From Alphaproteobacteria bacterium (GTDB taxonomy: Bacteria; Pseudomonadota; Alphaproteobacteria; Bin95): 64,000 bases of DNA. Positions 1-9,847 of this stretch are shown in pieces. Made by a program: the position numbers and the translations under genes. A model generated the notes under the pieces. The model was given only the letters and a program-made list of their open reading frames with translations. It did no database searches and had not been told where the DNA came from. The stretch spans positions 1,088,001-1,152,000 of the forward strand of contig OZ219786.1 of the NCBI GenBank assembly GCA_964291285.2, in the 5' to 3' direction. The first letter of the stretch is position 1. Every line of letters starts with the position of its first letter.

Positions 1-131
1 ACATAGGCTTCGGAAGGCGTGCCGTCCGCCGACTGGTGGTGTGCGGCGTGGCCGGTATTCATGATCCGGTTGCGGAGCGTGTAGCTGCCGACGGCGAGCG
101 GGCTGAACAGGTTGGGAAAGGTCTCGGTCAT
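1..131 (-). CDS. NADH:flavin oxidoreductase / Old Yellow Enzyme family, N-terminus (runs off window)
   Basis: Manual translation MTETFPNLFSPLAVGSYTLRNRIMNTGH..., typical FPxLFSPxxxGxxxLxNRI start; not in ORF track. Confidence 0.75.
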   Translation of the reverse strand, partial: MTETFPNLFSPLAVGSYTLRNRIMNTGHAAHHQSADGTPSEAY

Positions 132-250
132 CCTGCCGCCCCCGGGGAGTAATGCGATCGCAGCCGCCCGTTCGGGACCTTACGCCTTGACGCCGGCGGC
201 GAACAGGCGACTGTCATGGGCTCCGCCTTTCCGCTTCCGGGGACGGCCCC

Positions 251-922
251 ATGAACGAGCCTTCCTTCATACCGCTGCCCGGCTACCGGGAGTATCCAGA
301 GGACGAGATGATGAGGCGGGCGCGCGCCTTCCACGAGGAGTTGAAACGCCGCCGCACCGTGCGGGACTTCTCCAGCCGCCCCGTGTCGCGGGCCGTCATC
401 GACGACTGCCTGCGGGCCGCAACGACCGCGCCGAGCGGCGCGAACCTGCAACCCTGGCATTTCACCGTGGTGGGCGACCCGGAAACGAAGCGGCGCATAC
501 GGCTGGCCGCCGAGGAGGAGGAACGCGAGTTCTACCGCCACCGCGCGCCCAGGGAGTGGCTGGATGCGCTGGCTCCGCTCGGCACCGACGAGCACAAGCC
601 GTTCCTGGAGCGCGCGCCCTGGCTGATCGCGGTCTTCTCCCAGAGGTACGGCCGGCTGGCCGACGGCCACCGCGTCAAGCACTACTACCCGATGGAGTCG
701 GTCGGGATCGCAACGGGCATGCTGATCGCGGCCCTGCACATGGCGGGGCTGGCGACGCTGATCCACACGCCCAGCCCGATGAAGTTCCTGAACGAGATAC
801 TCGGCCGCCCGAAAGCCGCCGAACGCCCCTTCCTGCTGCTGGTCGCCGGCTACCCGGACGAGAACGCGACGGTGCCGGACATCGGCCGCAAGCCGCTCAC
901 GGAGGTCGTGACTTACGTTTGA
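251..922 (+). CDS. Nitroreductase superfamily, iodotyrosine deiodinase (IYD)-like
   Basis: [26 protein letters not shown] lid, [11 protein letters not shown] and HTPSP motifs. Confidence 0.8.
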   Translation: MNEPSFIPLPGYREYPEDEMMRRARAFHEELKRRRTVRDFSSRPVSRAVIDDCLRAATTAPSGANLQPWHFTVVGDPETKRRIRLAAEEEEREFYRHRAPREWLDALAPLGTDEHKPFLERAPWLIAVFSQRYGRLADGHRVKHYYPMESVGIATGMLIAALHMAGLATLIHTPSPMKFLNEILGRPKAAERPFLLLVAGYPDENATVPDIGRKPLTEVVTYV

Positions 923-1005
923 GCGCGGGACGATCCGGGCCCGCAATCGTCGCCCCGGATCTCCGCCCCGCTCCGGCCGGGGCTGTCGGGCCGGGTATGG
1001 GGCGG

Positions 1006-2016
1006 TCAGTCGTATATACGGTAAACCACCTTGCCTTTGCGCTCTTCGCCGGTATTGACGGGCTTTAGCCCGCGGGCCTTTGGCGCCTTGTAGATCGCCT
1101 GTTGCGCCGTGCTCTGCTTGCCGTTGCCGAACTCGGCCTCGAACAGGGCCACAAGCTCGGTAACGGTAACGCCTTCCGGGCGGCGCATGGCGTCAATGGT
1201 CGTGTCAACGCGGCTGCGGGCCTGGCGGCGCGGCTGTGCTTTGTCGGAGCCAGCACCAACCGAGGGTTTAGCTGGCGTCTGCGCCTGCTTGCCCGCTGCC
1301 ATTTGCGCTGCCCGCACAGCAGATGGTCCGCCTTCTTTACCGATGCTTGCGAGCTTGTCTTGCAGAAAGCGAGCAATCGTTTCCCGGTCGGGTGGGTAGC
1401 ACGATATCTCCTTTACCGTGTCGGAAAGTTCTTCACGCAACAGGCTATCCGGATCACCGAGCACTCTCTCCCACGCATCTTGCAAGGCAGCCCTCACGCG
1501 CCGGTCGCGCTCCTGACTCTCGAATTCCCGCTTAGCTTCTTCCTGCGCCTCGCCGCTGACCACGCTACTACGGTTAAGGAAGCGATAAAGCGCTATGGCC
1601 GTATCAGAAGGCTGTTGCTCACGGAAATTCACGCGGAAGAAACGCCGCTGTTCCCAGCTTACCTCGGCCATCGGCAAATACAGCCACCAGATGAGGCCAT
1701 CCGTGAGCACCGCCAGCGGCACGCTCTCGCTGAAGGCATAACGCAGCAATTGTTCCTGATGCTCGGCAAGGTCCGCACCCGCGCGCTTCACCTCAACAAG
1801 AACGAAATCGCGAGCCTGCACCCGCAAGCAATAATCCACACGCCCGCCCCGGACCGAGTATTCGCGGGCGACCTCGTCGCGGTCGAGCGTGTCCCAGCCC
1901 AATTCCCCGATTACGGTATTCACCGCGATCTCGCGCGTGTCCTGCTCGCTGCTCTGGGAAAAGTCGATCCCGACCAATCGGGCGATCAGGGCCTCAAGTT
2001 TCGACAGGTCAGGCAT
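1006..2016 (-). CDS. HsdR_N-like PD-(D/E)xK nuclease domain protein with small basic C-terminal domain
   Basis: EQDTRE...LGWD...EY..GGRVDYCL...LVEVKR...QLLRYA...LTDG pattern; start moved to MPDLSK. Confidence 0.7.
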   Translation of the reverse strand: MPDLSKLEALIARLVGIDFSQSSEQDTREIAVNTVIGELGWDTLDRDEVAREYSVRGGRVDYCLRVQARDFVLVEVKRAGADLAEHQEQLLRYAFSESVPLAVLTDGLIWWLYLPMAEVSWEQRRFFRVNFREQQPSDTAIALYRFLNRSSVVSGEAQEEAKREFESQERDRRVRAALQDAWERVLGDPDSLLREELSDTVKEISCYPPDRETIARFLQDKLASIGKEGGPSAVRAAQMAAGKQAQTPAKPSVGAGSDKAQPRRQARSRVDTTIDAMRRPEGVTVTELVALFEAEFGNGKQSTAQQAIYKAPKARGLKPVNTGEERKGKVVYRIYD

Positions 2017-2026
2017 CGCTCGCAGC

Positions 2027-2458
2027 CTACACCACCTGCGCGAAAGGCAGCACCAAGCCATCCTGCACTTCGCGGAAGACAATCTCCACCGGCAGGTCGA
2101 GCCGGAGCGCGGCGGCCTCCGCGCCCAGCATCTGGCATTGCAGGCGCACGCCTTCCTCCAGTTCGACGGTCGCCATGACATAGGGGGTTTCGTCGCGGAG
2201 GGCGGGCACGAAGGGGTGGTGGACCTCCGTCCAGCTATGGAGCCGGCCCCGGCGGGCGGACTCGATCCAGCGGACCTCCAAGGAGTGGCAGGCGGCGCAC
2301 ATCGGGCGGGGATAGTGGCGGACCAGGCCGCAATTGCCGCATTGCTGGAGCAGCAGGCGGCGTTCCTTCAGCCCGTCCCAGTAGGGCTTCGAGTCGATGG
2401 TGGGCTCCGGGACCGGGCGGGAGATCATTGTTTCGCCCGTCGGCGGGCGGGCGCTCAC
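2027..2458 (-). CDS. DUF35 Zn-ribbon/OB-fold protein (thiolase partner)
   Basis: CxxC...YPRxxCxxC, VELEEG; overlaps thiolase stop. Confidence 0.85.
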   Translation of the reverse strand: MSARPPTGETMISRPVPEPTIDSKPYWDGLKERRLLLQQCGNCGLVRHYPRPMCAACHSLEVRWIESARRGRLHSWTEVHHPFVPALRDETPYVMATVELEEGVRLQCQMLGAEAAALRLDLPVEIVFREVQDGLVLPFAQVV

Positions 2459-3612
2459 GCCGCCGCTCCCATGATCGCGAGCGAACCGTCGCCGAGATCG
2501 CCGTAGCCGGTGACGAGGCCGATTCCGGCGTCCGCCACCTGCGTGCGGCCGGCCTCGCCGCGCATCTGCTTCACCAGTTCGCAGACATGGTTCATGCCGA
2601 CGATATGCGCCTGGCTGAGCAGGCCGCCATGCGTGTTGACGGGCAGTTCGCCGCCGAGCCCGATGCGCCCGCCCTCGACGAAGGCCCCGCCCTCGCCCTT
2701 GGCACAGAAGCCCAGGTCCTCCAGCTGGCAGATCACCGTCCAGGTGAAGCAGTCATAGACCTCTGCGACATCGACATCCTCGGGACGCACGCCCGCCATG
2801 CCGAAGGCGCGCGGCGCGGCCTTGGCGAGGCCGAGCCGGGTTATGTCCGGGCGCTGGGTGATGACGCTCGGCGAGTCCGGGTGGCCCTCGGCGACGCCCA
2901 GGATCGGCACCGGCCGGCGGGTGTCGGCCGCGCGCTCGGCGCTGGAGACCACCACCGCCGCGCCGCCGTCGCTCTCCAGGCAGCAGTCGAACAGGCGGTA
3001 GGGGTCGCAGATCATCCTGGACGCGTGATGGTCCTCGACCGTCATCGGCTTCTGCATGATGGCGTTGTCGTTCAGCATGGCGTGGCGGCGCATGGTGACC
3101 GCGACCTCGGCGAACTGGTCGGCCGTCGTGCCGTAAAGCTCCATGTGGCGGCGCGCCATCGGAGCGTAGAGCTGCGCCGGGGCGATGGTCCCGGACGGCG
3201 TCTCGAACTCGGAGACGACGTGGAATTGCGGCATGGCGGCCACCCTGGACGCGACGCGCGAGTCCGAATAGCCGCGCCGCCCGATGGGCAGCAGCACGTT
3301 TCGGCAAAGGCCCGTCGCCACGGCAACCGCGGCGGCCTGTATCGCGGCCACGCAACTGGCCCCGCCCATCGGCGTGGTGGCCGAGAAGGTCACGTCCTCC
3401 AGGCCGAAATTGGTGATGAAGTCCTCGGCGACGGCCGCACCCGAGGCATAGGGCAGGAGGCCGTCGATATCCTTCGGCTCCAGGCCCGCATCCTCTATCG
3501 CCCGCAGCGACGCCTCCAACTGCAGCGCCAGCGCGCTCCTGTCCGACCCGCGCTCATATGCCGTCTCGCCGACCCCGACGACCGCCGCCCTGCCGTTCAA
3601 GGATGCCGCCAT
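2455..3612 (-). CDS. Thiolase superfamily (SCP-x/lipid-transfer type)
   Basis: AVVGVGET, DCCLESDGG, EVYDCFT, NTHGGLLS. Confidence 0.85.
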   Translation of the reverse strand: MAASLNGRAAVVGVGETAYERGSDRSALALQLEASLRAIEDAGLEPKDIDGLLPYASGAAVAEDFITNFGLEDVTFSATTPMGGASCVAAIQAAAVAVATGLCRNVLLPIGRRGYSDSRVASRVAAMPQFHVVSEFETPSGTIAPAQLYAPMARRHMELYGTTADQFAEVAVTMRRHAMLNDNAIMQKPMTVEDHHASRMICDPYRLFDCCLESDGGAAVVVSSAERAADTRRPVPILGVAEGHPDSPSVITQRPDITRLGLAKAAPRAFGMAGVRPEDVDVAEVYDCFTWTVICQLEDLGFCAKGEGGAFVEGGRIGLGGELPVNTHGGLLSQAHIVGMNHVCELVKQMRGEAGRTQVADAGIGLVTGYGDLGDGSLAIMGAAA

Positions 3613-3753
3613 GGCCTTCCCTCCCCCGCTTTGTCCGTTCGCCGCGATGCTATCCCCGCCGCCTCGCCCGCGCCATAGCGGGGCGGCTCGCACCGGGGCG
3701 GCGATGGCCGTATCCTGTGCGCAAGCTCGCCTCCCGCAGGAGACCCCCTTCCC

Positions 3754-5142
3754 ATGTCGGACCCGTTCGCGCCCATCCACGAGCTTGCCCCGGAGATCGC
3801 CGCCGGGCGGCTCTCGCCCGTCGAGGTGACGGAGACCTGCCTCGACCGGATCGCAAGCCTCGACCCGAAGCTGCATGCCTTCGCCGCCGTCTACGCCGAC
3901 GAGGCGCGCGAGGCCGCCGAGGCCGCTCACAGGGCGATCCGCGCCGGGCACCGCATCGGGCCGCTCCACGGCATCCCGATCGGCGTCAAGGACCTCTGCG
4001 ACATGGAAGGCCGGGTCACGACCGGCGGGGCGGCAATCTGGAAGGAGCGCATCTCGCCCACCACTGCCACCCTCGTCGAGCGGCTGCGCGCCGCCGGCAT
4101 GATCGTGGTCGGCAAGACACACACGGTCGAGTTCGCCTATGGCGGCTGGGGCACGAACAACTCGCTCGGCACCCCCTGGAACCCCTGGGACCGCGAGACG
4201 CACCGCATTCCCGGCGGCTCGTCGAGCGGCACCGGCGCGGGCGTCGGCGCGGGGCTCATCCCCTGCGGCATCGGCACCGACACCGGCGGCTCGGTGCGGC
4301 TGCCGGCGGCCTTCTGCGGCACGGCCGGCCTCAAGACCTCGGTCGGGCGGATCAGCACCCACGGCGTGCTGCCGCTCTCGCACACGCTGGACACGCCGGG
4401 GCCGCTCGCCCGCGCCGTCGAGGACTGCGCCTGGCTGCTGGAGGCCATGCAGGGCCCGGACCCGCGCGACCCGAAGACCCGCCGGCTGGCGCCCGTTGAC
4501 GCGACTTCGGGCCTGCGCCGGGGCGTGCGCGACCTTCGCCTTGCGCGGATGCCGGACTCCGAGCGGCCGGGCGTCGACGCCGAAGTGCTGGCGGCCTACG
4601 ACGCCTCGCTCGCGGTTTTCGAGGGACTCGGCGCGCATATCGTCGATATCGACATGCCGCGCGCCATGGCGGACTTCGCAGAGCCGGTCGCCAACATCAT
4701 CGGCGCGGAAAGCTACACCCACCTCAAGGACGTGGTGGACAACGAGGAGCAGCAGCTCGACCCCGACGTGCGCCCGCGCGTGGCGGCCGGCGGACGGCTC
4801 CCGACCCGCGACTATGTCGCCACCCTGCTCGACCGCGAGGCGGTCATGGCGGCCTTCGACGACGCCATGGACGGGATCGACGCGCTGCTGACGCCGACGG
4901 CCCGCTTCGCCGCAATCCCGGTCGCGGAGGTGGACCAGAAGCAGACGCCGGCGACGGTGACCCGCATGGGCAACTATCTGGGCCTGACCGGGCTTGCGCT
5001 GCGCAACGGTTTCACCGGGGCCGGCATGCCGACCTCGCTGCTGGTCAACGCGCGCGACGGCGACGAGGCGCTGGCGCTCCGGATCGGCTGGGCCTACGAA
5101 CAGGCAACGGACTGGCATCGCCGCACCCCGGAGGGATACTGA
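3754..5142 (+). CDS. Amidase signature family enzyme
   Basis: GIPIGVKD, GGSSSG, GTDTGGSVRLPA. Confidence 0.9.
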   Translation: MSDPFAPIHELAPEIAAGRLSPVEVTETCLDRIASLDPKLHAFAAVYADEAREAAEAAHRAIRAGHRIGPLHGIPIGVKDLCDMEGRVTTGGAAIWKERISPTTATLVERLRAAGMIVVGKTHTVEFAYGGWGTNNSLGTPWNPWDRETHRIPGGSSSGTGAGVGAGLIPCGIGTDTGGSVRLPAAFCGTAGLKTSVGRISTHGVLPLSHTLDTPGPLARAVEDCAWLLEAMQGPDPRDPKTRRLAPVDATSGLRRGVRDLRLARMPDSERPGVDAEVLAAYDASLAVFEGLGAHIVDIDMPRAMADFAEPVANIIGAESYTHLKDVVDNEEQQLDPDVRPRVAAGGRLPTRDYVATLLDREAVMAAFDDAMDGIDALLTPTARFAAIPVAEVDQKQTPATVTRMGNYLGLTGLALRNGFTGAGMPTSLLVNARDGDEALALRIGWAYEQATDWHRRTPEGY

Positions 5143-5146
5143 CGAC

Positions 5147-5629
5147 ATGGCCCGACTGGAAGACATGGCCGCGGAGATCGGCGCGAAGCTGAAGGAACGC
5201 GGCGAGACGATCGCCGTTTTCGAGAGTTCGTCCGGCGGCCTGGTGTCGGCGGCGCTGCTGGCCGTGCCGGGCGCCAGCCGCTACTACCAGGGCGGCGGCG
5301 TGATCTACACGCAGGCGGCCCGTAGCGAGTTGGCCCGCATCGGCGAGGAAGACATGCGCGGTCTGCGCTCCTCCTCCGAGCCCTATGCGCAATTGCTGGC
5401 GGGCCGGGCGCGCACCATCTTCGGCACCGACTGGGGCCTGGCCGAGACAGGCGCCGCCGGCCCTGACGGCAACCGCTACGGCGACGCGCCGGGACACACC
5501 TGCCTCGCCGTGGCAGGCGCCATCGACTTCGCCGAGACGCTGGAGACGGGCGACGCCGACCGCGAGGCGAACATGTGGCGCTTCGCCGAAGCCGCGCTCG
5601 ACCTGATGCGCCGGGCGCTCGCCGTCTGA
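5147..5629 (+). CDS. CinA/PncC-like protein
   Basis: ESSSGGLVSAAL...GAS..Y, ETGAAGP. Confidence 0.8.
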   Translation: MARLEDMAAEIGAKLKERGETIAVFESSSGGLVSAALLAVPGASRYYQGGGVIYTQAARSELARIGEEDMRGLRSSSEPYAQLLAGRARTIFGTDWGLAETGAAGPDGNRYGDAPGHTCLAVAGAIDFAETLETGDADREANMWRFAEAALDLMRRALAV

Positions 5630-5633
5630 CCTC

Positions 5634-6545
5634 TCAGCTCGCGCGGCGCGCGTTCTCCAAGACTGCCCGGACGACTTGCGGGGCAGCGCCGTCCGGCACG
5701 TCGTGGCCCATGCCGTCGATCACGACCATGCGCGCGCCGGGGATCGAGTTCTTCACGTCCTCGCCCTGCCCGACCGGCACCAGCGGGTCGTCGGCGCCGT
5801 GGATGACGACCGTCGGGGCCGTAATGCCGCCGAGCGCGGCGCAGCGGCTGTCGCCGGAAGCGATGCTGGCCAGCAGGTGCCGGCCGTGGCCGGGGGGATA
5901 GTAGGCCCGGTCGTAGAGCGCGCCGGCCCGGGCGCGCACGCCCGCCTCGTCGCGCGGATAGCCGGGCGAGCCCATGATCCGGTTCTGCTCCCAGGCCAAT
6001 TCCATGAACGTCTCACGGTCGATATCCGACGGGCGCGGCGCATTCAGCCACTCGGAGGCGGCCTGGCTCGGCCGCGGCAGGCCGCGCCGGCCGGAGGTCG
6101 CCATGACGGAGGCGAGCGACTTCGTCTTCGCCGGATGGCGGATCGCCACAAGCTGCGCAATCGCCCCGCCATTGGAGCTGCCATAAATGTGTGCGGCCCC
6201 GATGCCGAGCGCATCCAGCAGGCCGGCGCCGTCGTCGGCCATGTCCTCGATTGTGTAGGGCGCATCGACCGGCTCGCCTGCCCGCGCCTGCTTGAAGGCA
6301 CGTCCGATATTCGCGAGGCCGGCCTCCTCGAAACGGGTGGAGAGCCCGCAATCGCGGTTGTCGAACAGGATCGGCCGGAAGCCCGCATCGCCGAGCCCGT
6401 CGATCAGCGCGTCCGGCCAGGAGACGAGCTGCATCCCGAGCCCGCCGATCATCAGGACCGGCTCGCCGCCGGCAGGGCCCCGCATTTCGTATTCGATCCC
6501 GATTCCGTTCGCTTCTACCCGCGCCACGACGCCATTCCTCCCCAA
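5634..6545 (-). CDS. Alpha/beta hydrolase
   Basis: FDNRDCGLS, GSSNGG nucleophile elbow, HGADDPL, GMGH; start approximate. Confidence 0.85.
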   Translation of the reverse strand: MGRNGVVARVEANGIGIEYEMRGPAGGEPVLMIGGLGMQLVSWPDALIDGLGDAGFRPILFDNRDCGLSTRFEEAGLANIGRAFKQARAGEPVDAPYTIEDMADDGAGLLDALGIGAAHIYGSSNGGAIAQLVAIRHPAKTKSLASVMATSGRRGLPRPSQAASEWLNAPRPSDIDRETFMELAWEQNRIMGSPGYPRDEAGVRARAGALYDRAYYPPGHGRHLLASIASGDSRCAALGGITAPTVVIHGADDPLVPVGQGEDVKNSIPGARMVVIDGMGHDVPDGAAPQVVRAVLENARRAS

Positions 6546-6633
6546 TTGCTTGACTCGTCCCCGGCGATACTATCCACTTTCCGCTCGTCAACACCTCGGC
6601 ATGCGGCAAATTGCGCCGCCATGTCTTGGCTAA

Positions 6634-8647
6634 CCCGACTTCCGCAACTCGGGGGTCATGAGGATGCTAACTCATTGAATAGCCTTGATCGTCTCCCCGA
6701 GGGTCGGCACTACAAGGCGGCGAACGGAGAGGCGGCGCCGTGTGCCGTCAGGCGGAGATCCGGGGTGCGGGTTGCTGCGGCCAGGTCATGCCGAGCTGTT
6801 GCAGCAGTAGCTCGTGCTCCTTGTTCGGCCGGGTGTGGCGCGGCAGGACGAGGTGCCGGCCGTCGGTGGTTGGCAGATGGACGTCCACCATCTGGATGGT
6901 GGCGAAGGCCTCAAGGATGGCGCGTGGGGTGAGGCCCGGGGCGCGCGGCCGGGCGAGGTTCTTCAGGGTCACCAGCAGGCAGTAGGCGATGAACGAGACG
7001 AAGATATGCGCCTCGATGCGCTCTTGGCGCTGATGGAAGATGGGGCGGATCGCGAGGTCGTGCTTGAGTTCCTTGAACGCCTGCTCGATCTCGACGAGCT
7101 GCATGTACAGATGCCACAGCGTGGCGGGGTCTTCGGCGACCATGTTGGATCGCAGCAGGTAACGGCCCTCGCGGCGGCGGACCTGGCGCAGCCGGTCGCG
7201 CTGCAGGCGGAATGAGAAGCCGTTGGCGGCGAGTTCGCTGTCGGTCCCGGGCACGGTGATGTCGACCAGGCTCCAGGCCCGGCCGGCCTCCTTCCTGGCG
7301 GCGCCGAGCTTGAGCAACAACTGATCCCGGCTGTTCGACTGCCCTTGCAACTCGGCCAATCGACGCCACAGCCTCTTCAGCCGGCGCCGGCGCATGCCGC
7401 GTTCCTTCACCTGCCGCCCCTCGCTGCGCACCAGGACGTAGAGCTCGCCATCCTCGACCAGAAGCTTGACAGTCACGGACTGGCGCACCTCCTGCCAGGG
7501 CAGGCCCAGGAACACCTTCTCGAGCCGCGTCAGCCGGCCCTTGGGCGTGCCCACCAGGTAGCGCACCGGCGCCTCGCCCTCGCGCATCGCGGCCAGCGTC
7601 TCCTCGGTGGGGATGCCGCGGTCCATGATCCACACCCGCTCGGAGCGGCCATACTGATCCTCGATCTTCTTGAGGAACGCCGCCAGCGTGGTGTCGTCGG
7701 AGGTGTTGCCCGGCATCACCTCATAGGCCAGCGGAAAGCCCTGCGGCGTAACGATCAGGGCGATCACCACCTGCACGCAGTCGGGCCGCTTGTCCCGGCT
7801 GTAGCCGAAGCGGCGCTTGTCATCGAACGGCGGATCGCTCTCGAAGTAGGTCGAGGTCAGGTCGTAGAGCAGCACGTCGAAGCGCGCCTCGAACAGCGTC
7901 GCCCAGCGGTCGCGCAGAAACGAGAAGAAGCCCTGCTTGTGCGCCAGCAGCTTGTCGAGACAGCGATAGAGTGTGTCGTCGGCGATCGCCCGCTCGCCAC
8001 CCAGAAGATCGCGAAGCGCGCTGTGCTCATACCAGTGACGGTGAAGGCGCCACTCGCTGCCCGGGTCGATCAGCCGGTAGCAGACCTGGATCTTCAGGAT
8101 GTCCAGCCACCGCGTGCCTTGCCGGCTCGCCGGCAGCCGCTCTTCCCAGAAGCGGTCCAGGTCCAGGCGGTCCCACAAGGACAGCGCCAGCCAGCACGCC
8201 CCCCACTGGCGCGGGTCGTGAAGCGCCACCTGCGAGAGGTCGATCTTCACCACTTCGCAAGTCAGCGCCGGCGCCTCCCGGTCCTCGGGAAACAGCGCCA
8301 TCTGCCGTGATCGCGACTTGCCCTCCACCACCTCGATCGAGCGGCACCACGCCGCTCGCTGGCTGTCGTTGATCTCCCCGAGATAGAGCACCTGACGCTG
8401 AACAACCCGACCGCCGTGGACCCGGACGTTCTCCACAACGCTCCAGTAGCGGTGCTCCTTGCCGTCCTTGAAGCGTCTCTTGCAGCGCACGAACATCAGC
8501 GCAGCGTCCGGATCTTCGCCAGCCCGATCAAGGGGGTAGGTCGGCACTACAAGCCGGTCCCGAGAGGTACTGCACCGAAATCCGACACTTCTCGCGCCGG
8601 AAAACCGTCAAATCAGTCGATTCTCAAGCCGAGTTGCGGAAGTCGGG
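6634..8647 (-). mobile_element. IS1634-like insertion sequence, copy 1 (2014 bp)
   Basis: Terminal IR CCCGACTTCCGCAACTCGG / CCGAGTTGCGGAAGTCGGG; 4-bp TSD CTAA (6630-6633, 8648-8651). Confidence 0.9.
6748..8547 (-). CDS. IS1634-family DDE transposase
   Basis: YDLTSTYFE, GYSRDKRPD, MDRG, IEQAFKELK; true start may be the later MFVR. Confidence 0.9.
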   Translation of the reverse strand: MPTYPLDRAGEDPDAALMFVRCKRRFKDGKEHRYWSVVENVRVHGGRVVQRQVLYLGEINDSQRAAWCRSIEVVEGKSRSRQMALFPEDREAPALTCEVVKIDLSQVALHDPRQWGACWLALSLWDRLDLDRFWEERLPASRQGTRWLDILKIQVCYRLIDPGSEWRLHRHWYEHSALRDLLGGERAIADDTLYRCLDKLLAHKQGFFSFLRDRWATLFEARFDVLLYDLTSTYFESDPPFDDKRRFGYSRDKRPDCVQVVIALIVTPQGFPLAYEVMPGNTSDDTTLAAFLKKIEDQYGRSERVWIMDRGIPTEETLAAMREGEAPVRYLVGTPKGRLTRLEKVFLGLPWQEVRQSVTVKLLVEDGELYVLVRSEGRQVKERGMRRRRLKRLWRRLAELQGQSNSRDQLLLKLGAARKEAGRAWSLVDITVPGTDSELAANGFSFRLQRDRLRQVRRREGRYLLRSNMVAEDPATLWHLYMQLVEIEQAFKELKHDLAIRPIFHQRQERIEAHIFVSFIAYCLLVTLKNLARPRAPGLTPRAILEAFATIQMVDVHLPTTDGRHLVLPRHTRPNKEHELLLQQLGMTWPQQPAPRISA

Positions 8648-8667
8648 CTAATACGGGAGGATCCGGA

Positions 8668-9765
8668 ATGAAACCTGTGTTGCGTCCAGTCGCCGCGCTC
8701 GCCTTCCTCGCAGGCGCCGCGACTACCGTCCAGGCTGCGGACTTCGAGTGGAAAATGCAGGCCAGCTGGCCTCCGGGCGGACCGGGGACCCAGTGGGAGA
8801 ACTTCGTGATGTTCGTCGAGGCCGTGGACAAGATGTCCGCCGGCCGCCTCAAGATCGAGCCGCTTCCCGCCGGCGCCATCGTGCCCGCATTCGAGGTGCT
8901 CGACGCCACCTCCCGGGAGGTCATCGACGGCGCGCATACCGCGATGGGCTACTGGGTGGGCCGCAGCAAGGCGGCGATTCCGCTCTCGCACGGGCCGTTG
9001 TTCGGCATGGACTACATCGACTTCTACGGCTGGCTCTATCACGGCGGCGGGCGGCAGCTTGCCGACCAGTGGTACGCCGAGAAGCTGAAGGCGAACGTGG
9101 TCTCCTTCCCGATCCAGCCGGCAGGCCCGCAGGCTCTCGGCTGGTACAAGGAAGAGATCAAGACCTGGGACGACTTCAAGGGCCTCAAGCTGCGCATCTA
9201 CGGCCTCGGCAACCTCGTGTTCAACGCCGCGGGCGTGAGCGCCGTGCAGCTGCCGGGCGCGGAAATCCTGCCGGCGGCGGAGCGCGGCGTCATCGACGCA
9301 GCCGAGTGGGTCGGCGGCATTGCCGACCTCGAGTTCGGCTTCCACACGGTCTGGAAATACACCATGGCGCCGGGCGTCCATGAACAGGTCACCGTCGGCG
9401 ACCTGCTCATCAACAAGGGCCTCTGGGACACCCTGCCCGCCGATCTCCAGGCCATCGTCGAGGCCGCCTGCATCCAGACCTTCTGGCTGTGGAAGACCAA
9501 GTGGCACATGCACAATGCGGACGCCTACGAGGAAATGGTCACCAAGCACGGCGTGAAGAAGATCAGGACGCCACAAGGGATCCTCGATGCCTTCATGGCC
9601 GCCTATGATGACCTCGCCGTACAGTGGGAAGAGGAAGACGAGTGGTACAAGAAGGTGCGCGATTCGCAGCGCGCCTATGCCGAGAAGATCGTGCCGTACC
9701 GCCGGTTTTCGCACCCGCCCTATGAATATCTGAGCGACTACTTCTGGAAGGACAAGATCGACTGA
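8668..9765 (+). CDS. dctP: TRAP transporter substrate-binding protein (DctP/TakP-like)
   Basis: Signal peptide, WKMQASW, DFKGLKLR, ERGVIDAAEW; SD GGAGG upstream. Confidence 0.85.
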   Translation: MKPVLRPVAALAFLAGAATTVQAADFEWKMQASWPPGGPGTQWENFVMFVEAVDKMSAGRLKIEPLPAGAIVPAFEVLDATSREVIDGAHTAMGYWVGRSKAAIPLSHGPLFGMDYIDFYGWLYHGGGRQLADQWYAEKLKANVVSFPIQPAGPQALGWYKEEIKTWDDFKGLKLRIYGLGNLVFNAAGVSAVQLPGAEILPAAERGVIDAAEWVGGIADLEFGFHTVWKYTMAPGVHEQVTVGDLLINKGLWDTLPADLQAIVEAACIQTFWLWKTKWHMHNADAYEEMVTKHGVKKIRTPQGILDAFMAAYDDLAVQWEEEDEWYKKVRDSQRAYAEKIVPYRRFSHPPYEYLSDYFWKDKID

Positions 9766-9847
9766 CCGGTCGCAGTCCCGACAGCAGGCGGCGTCCTGAC
9801 GGGCGCCGCCTGCTTCCCTTTTCCCGCACCCCCGGACTCAGGACCCC

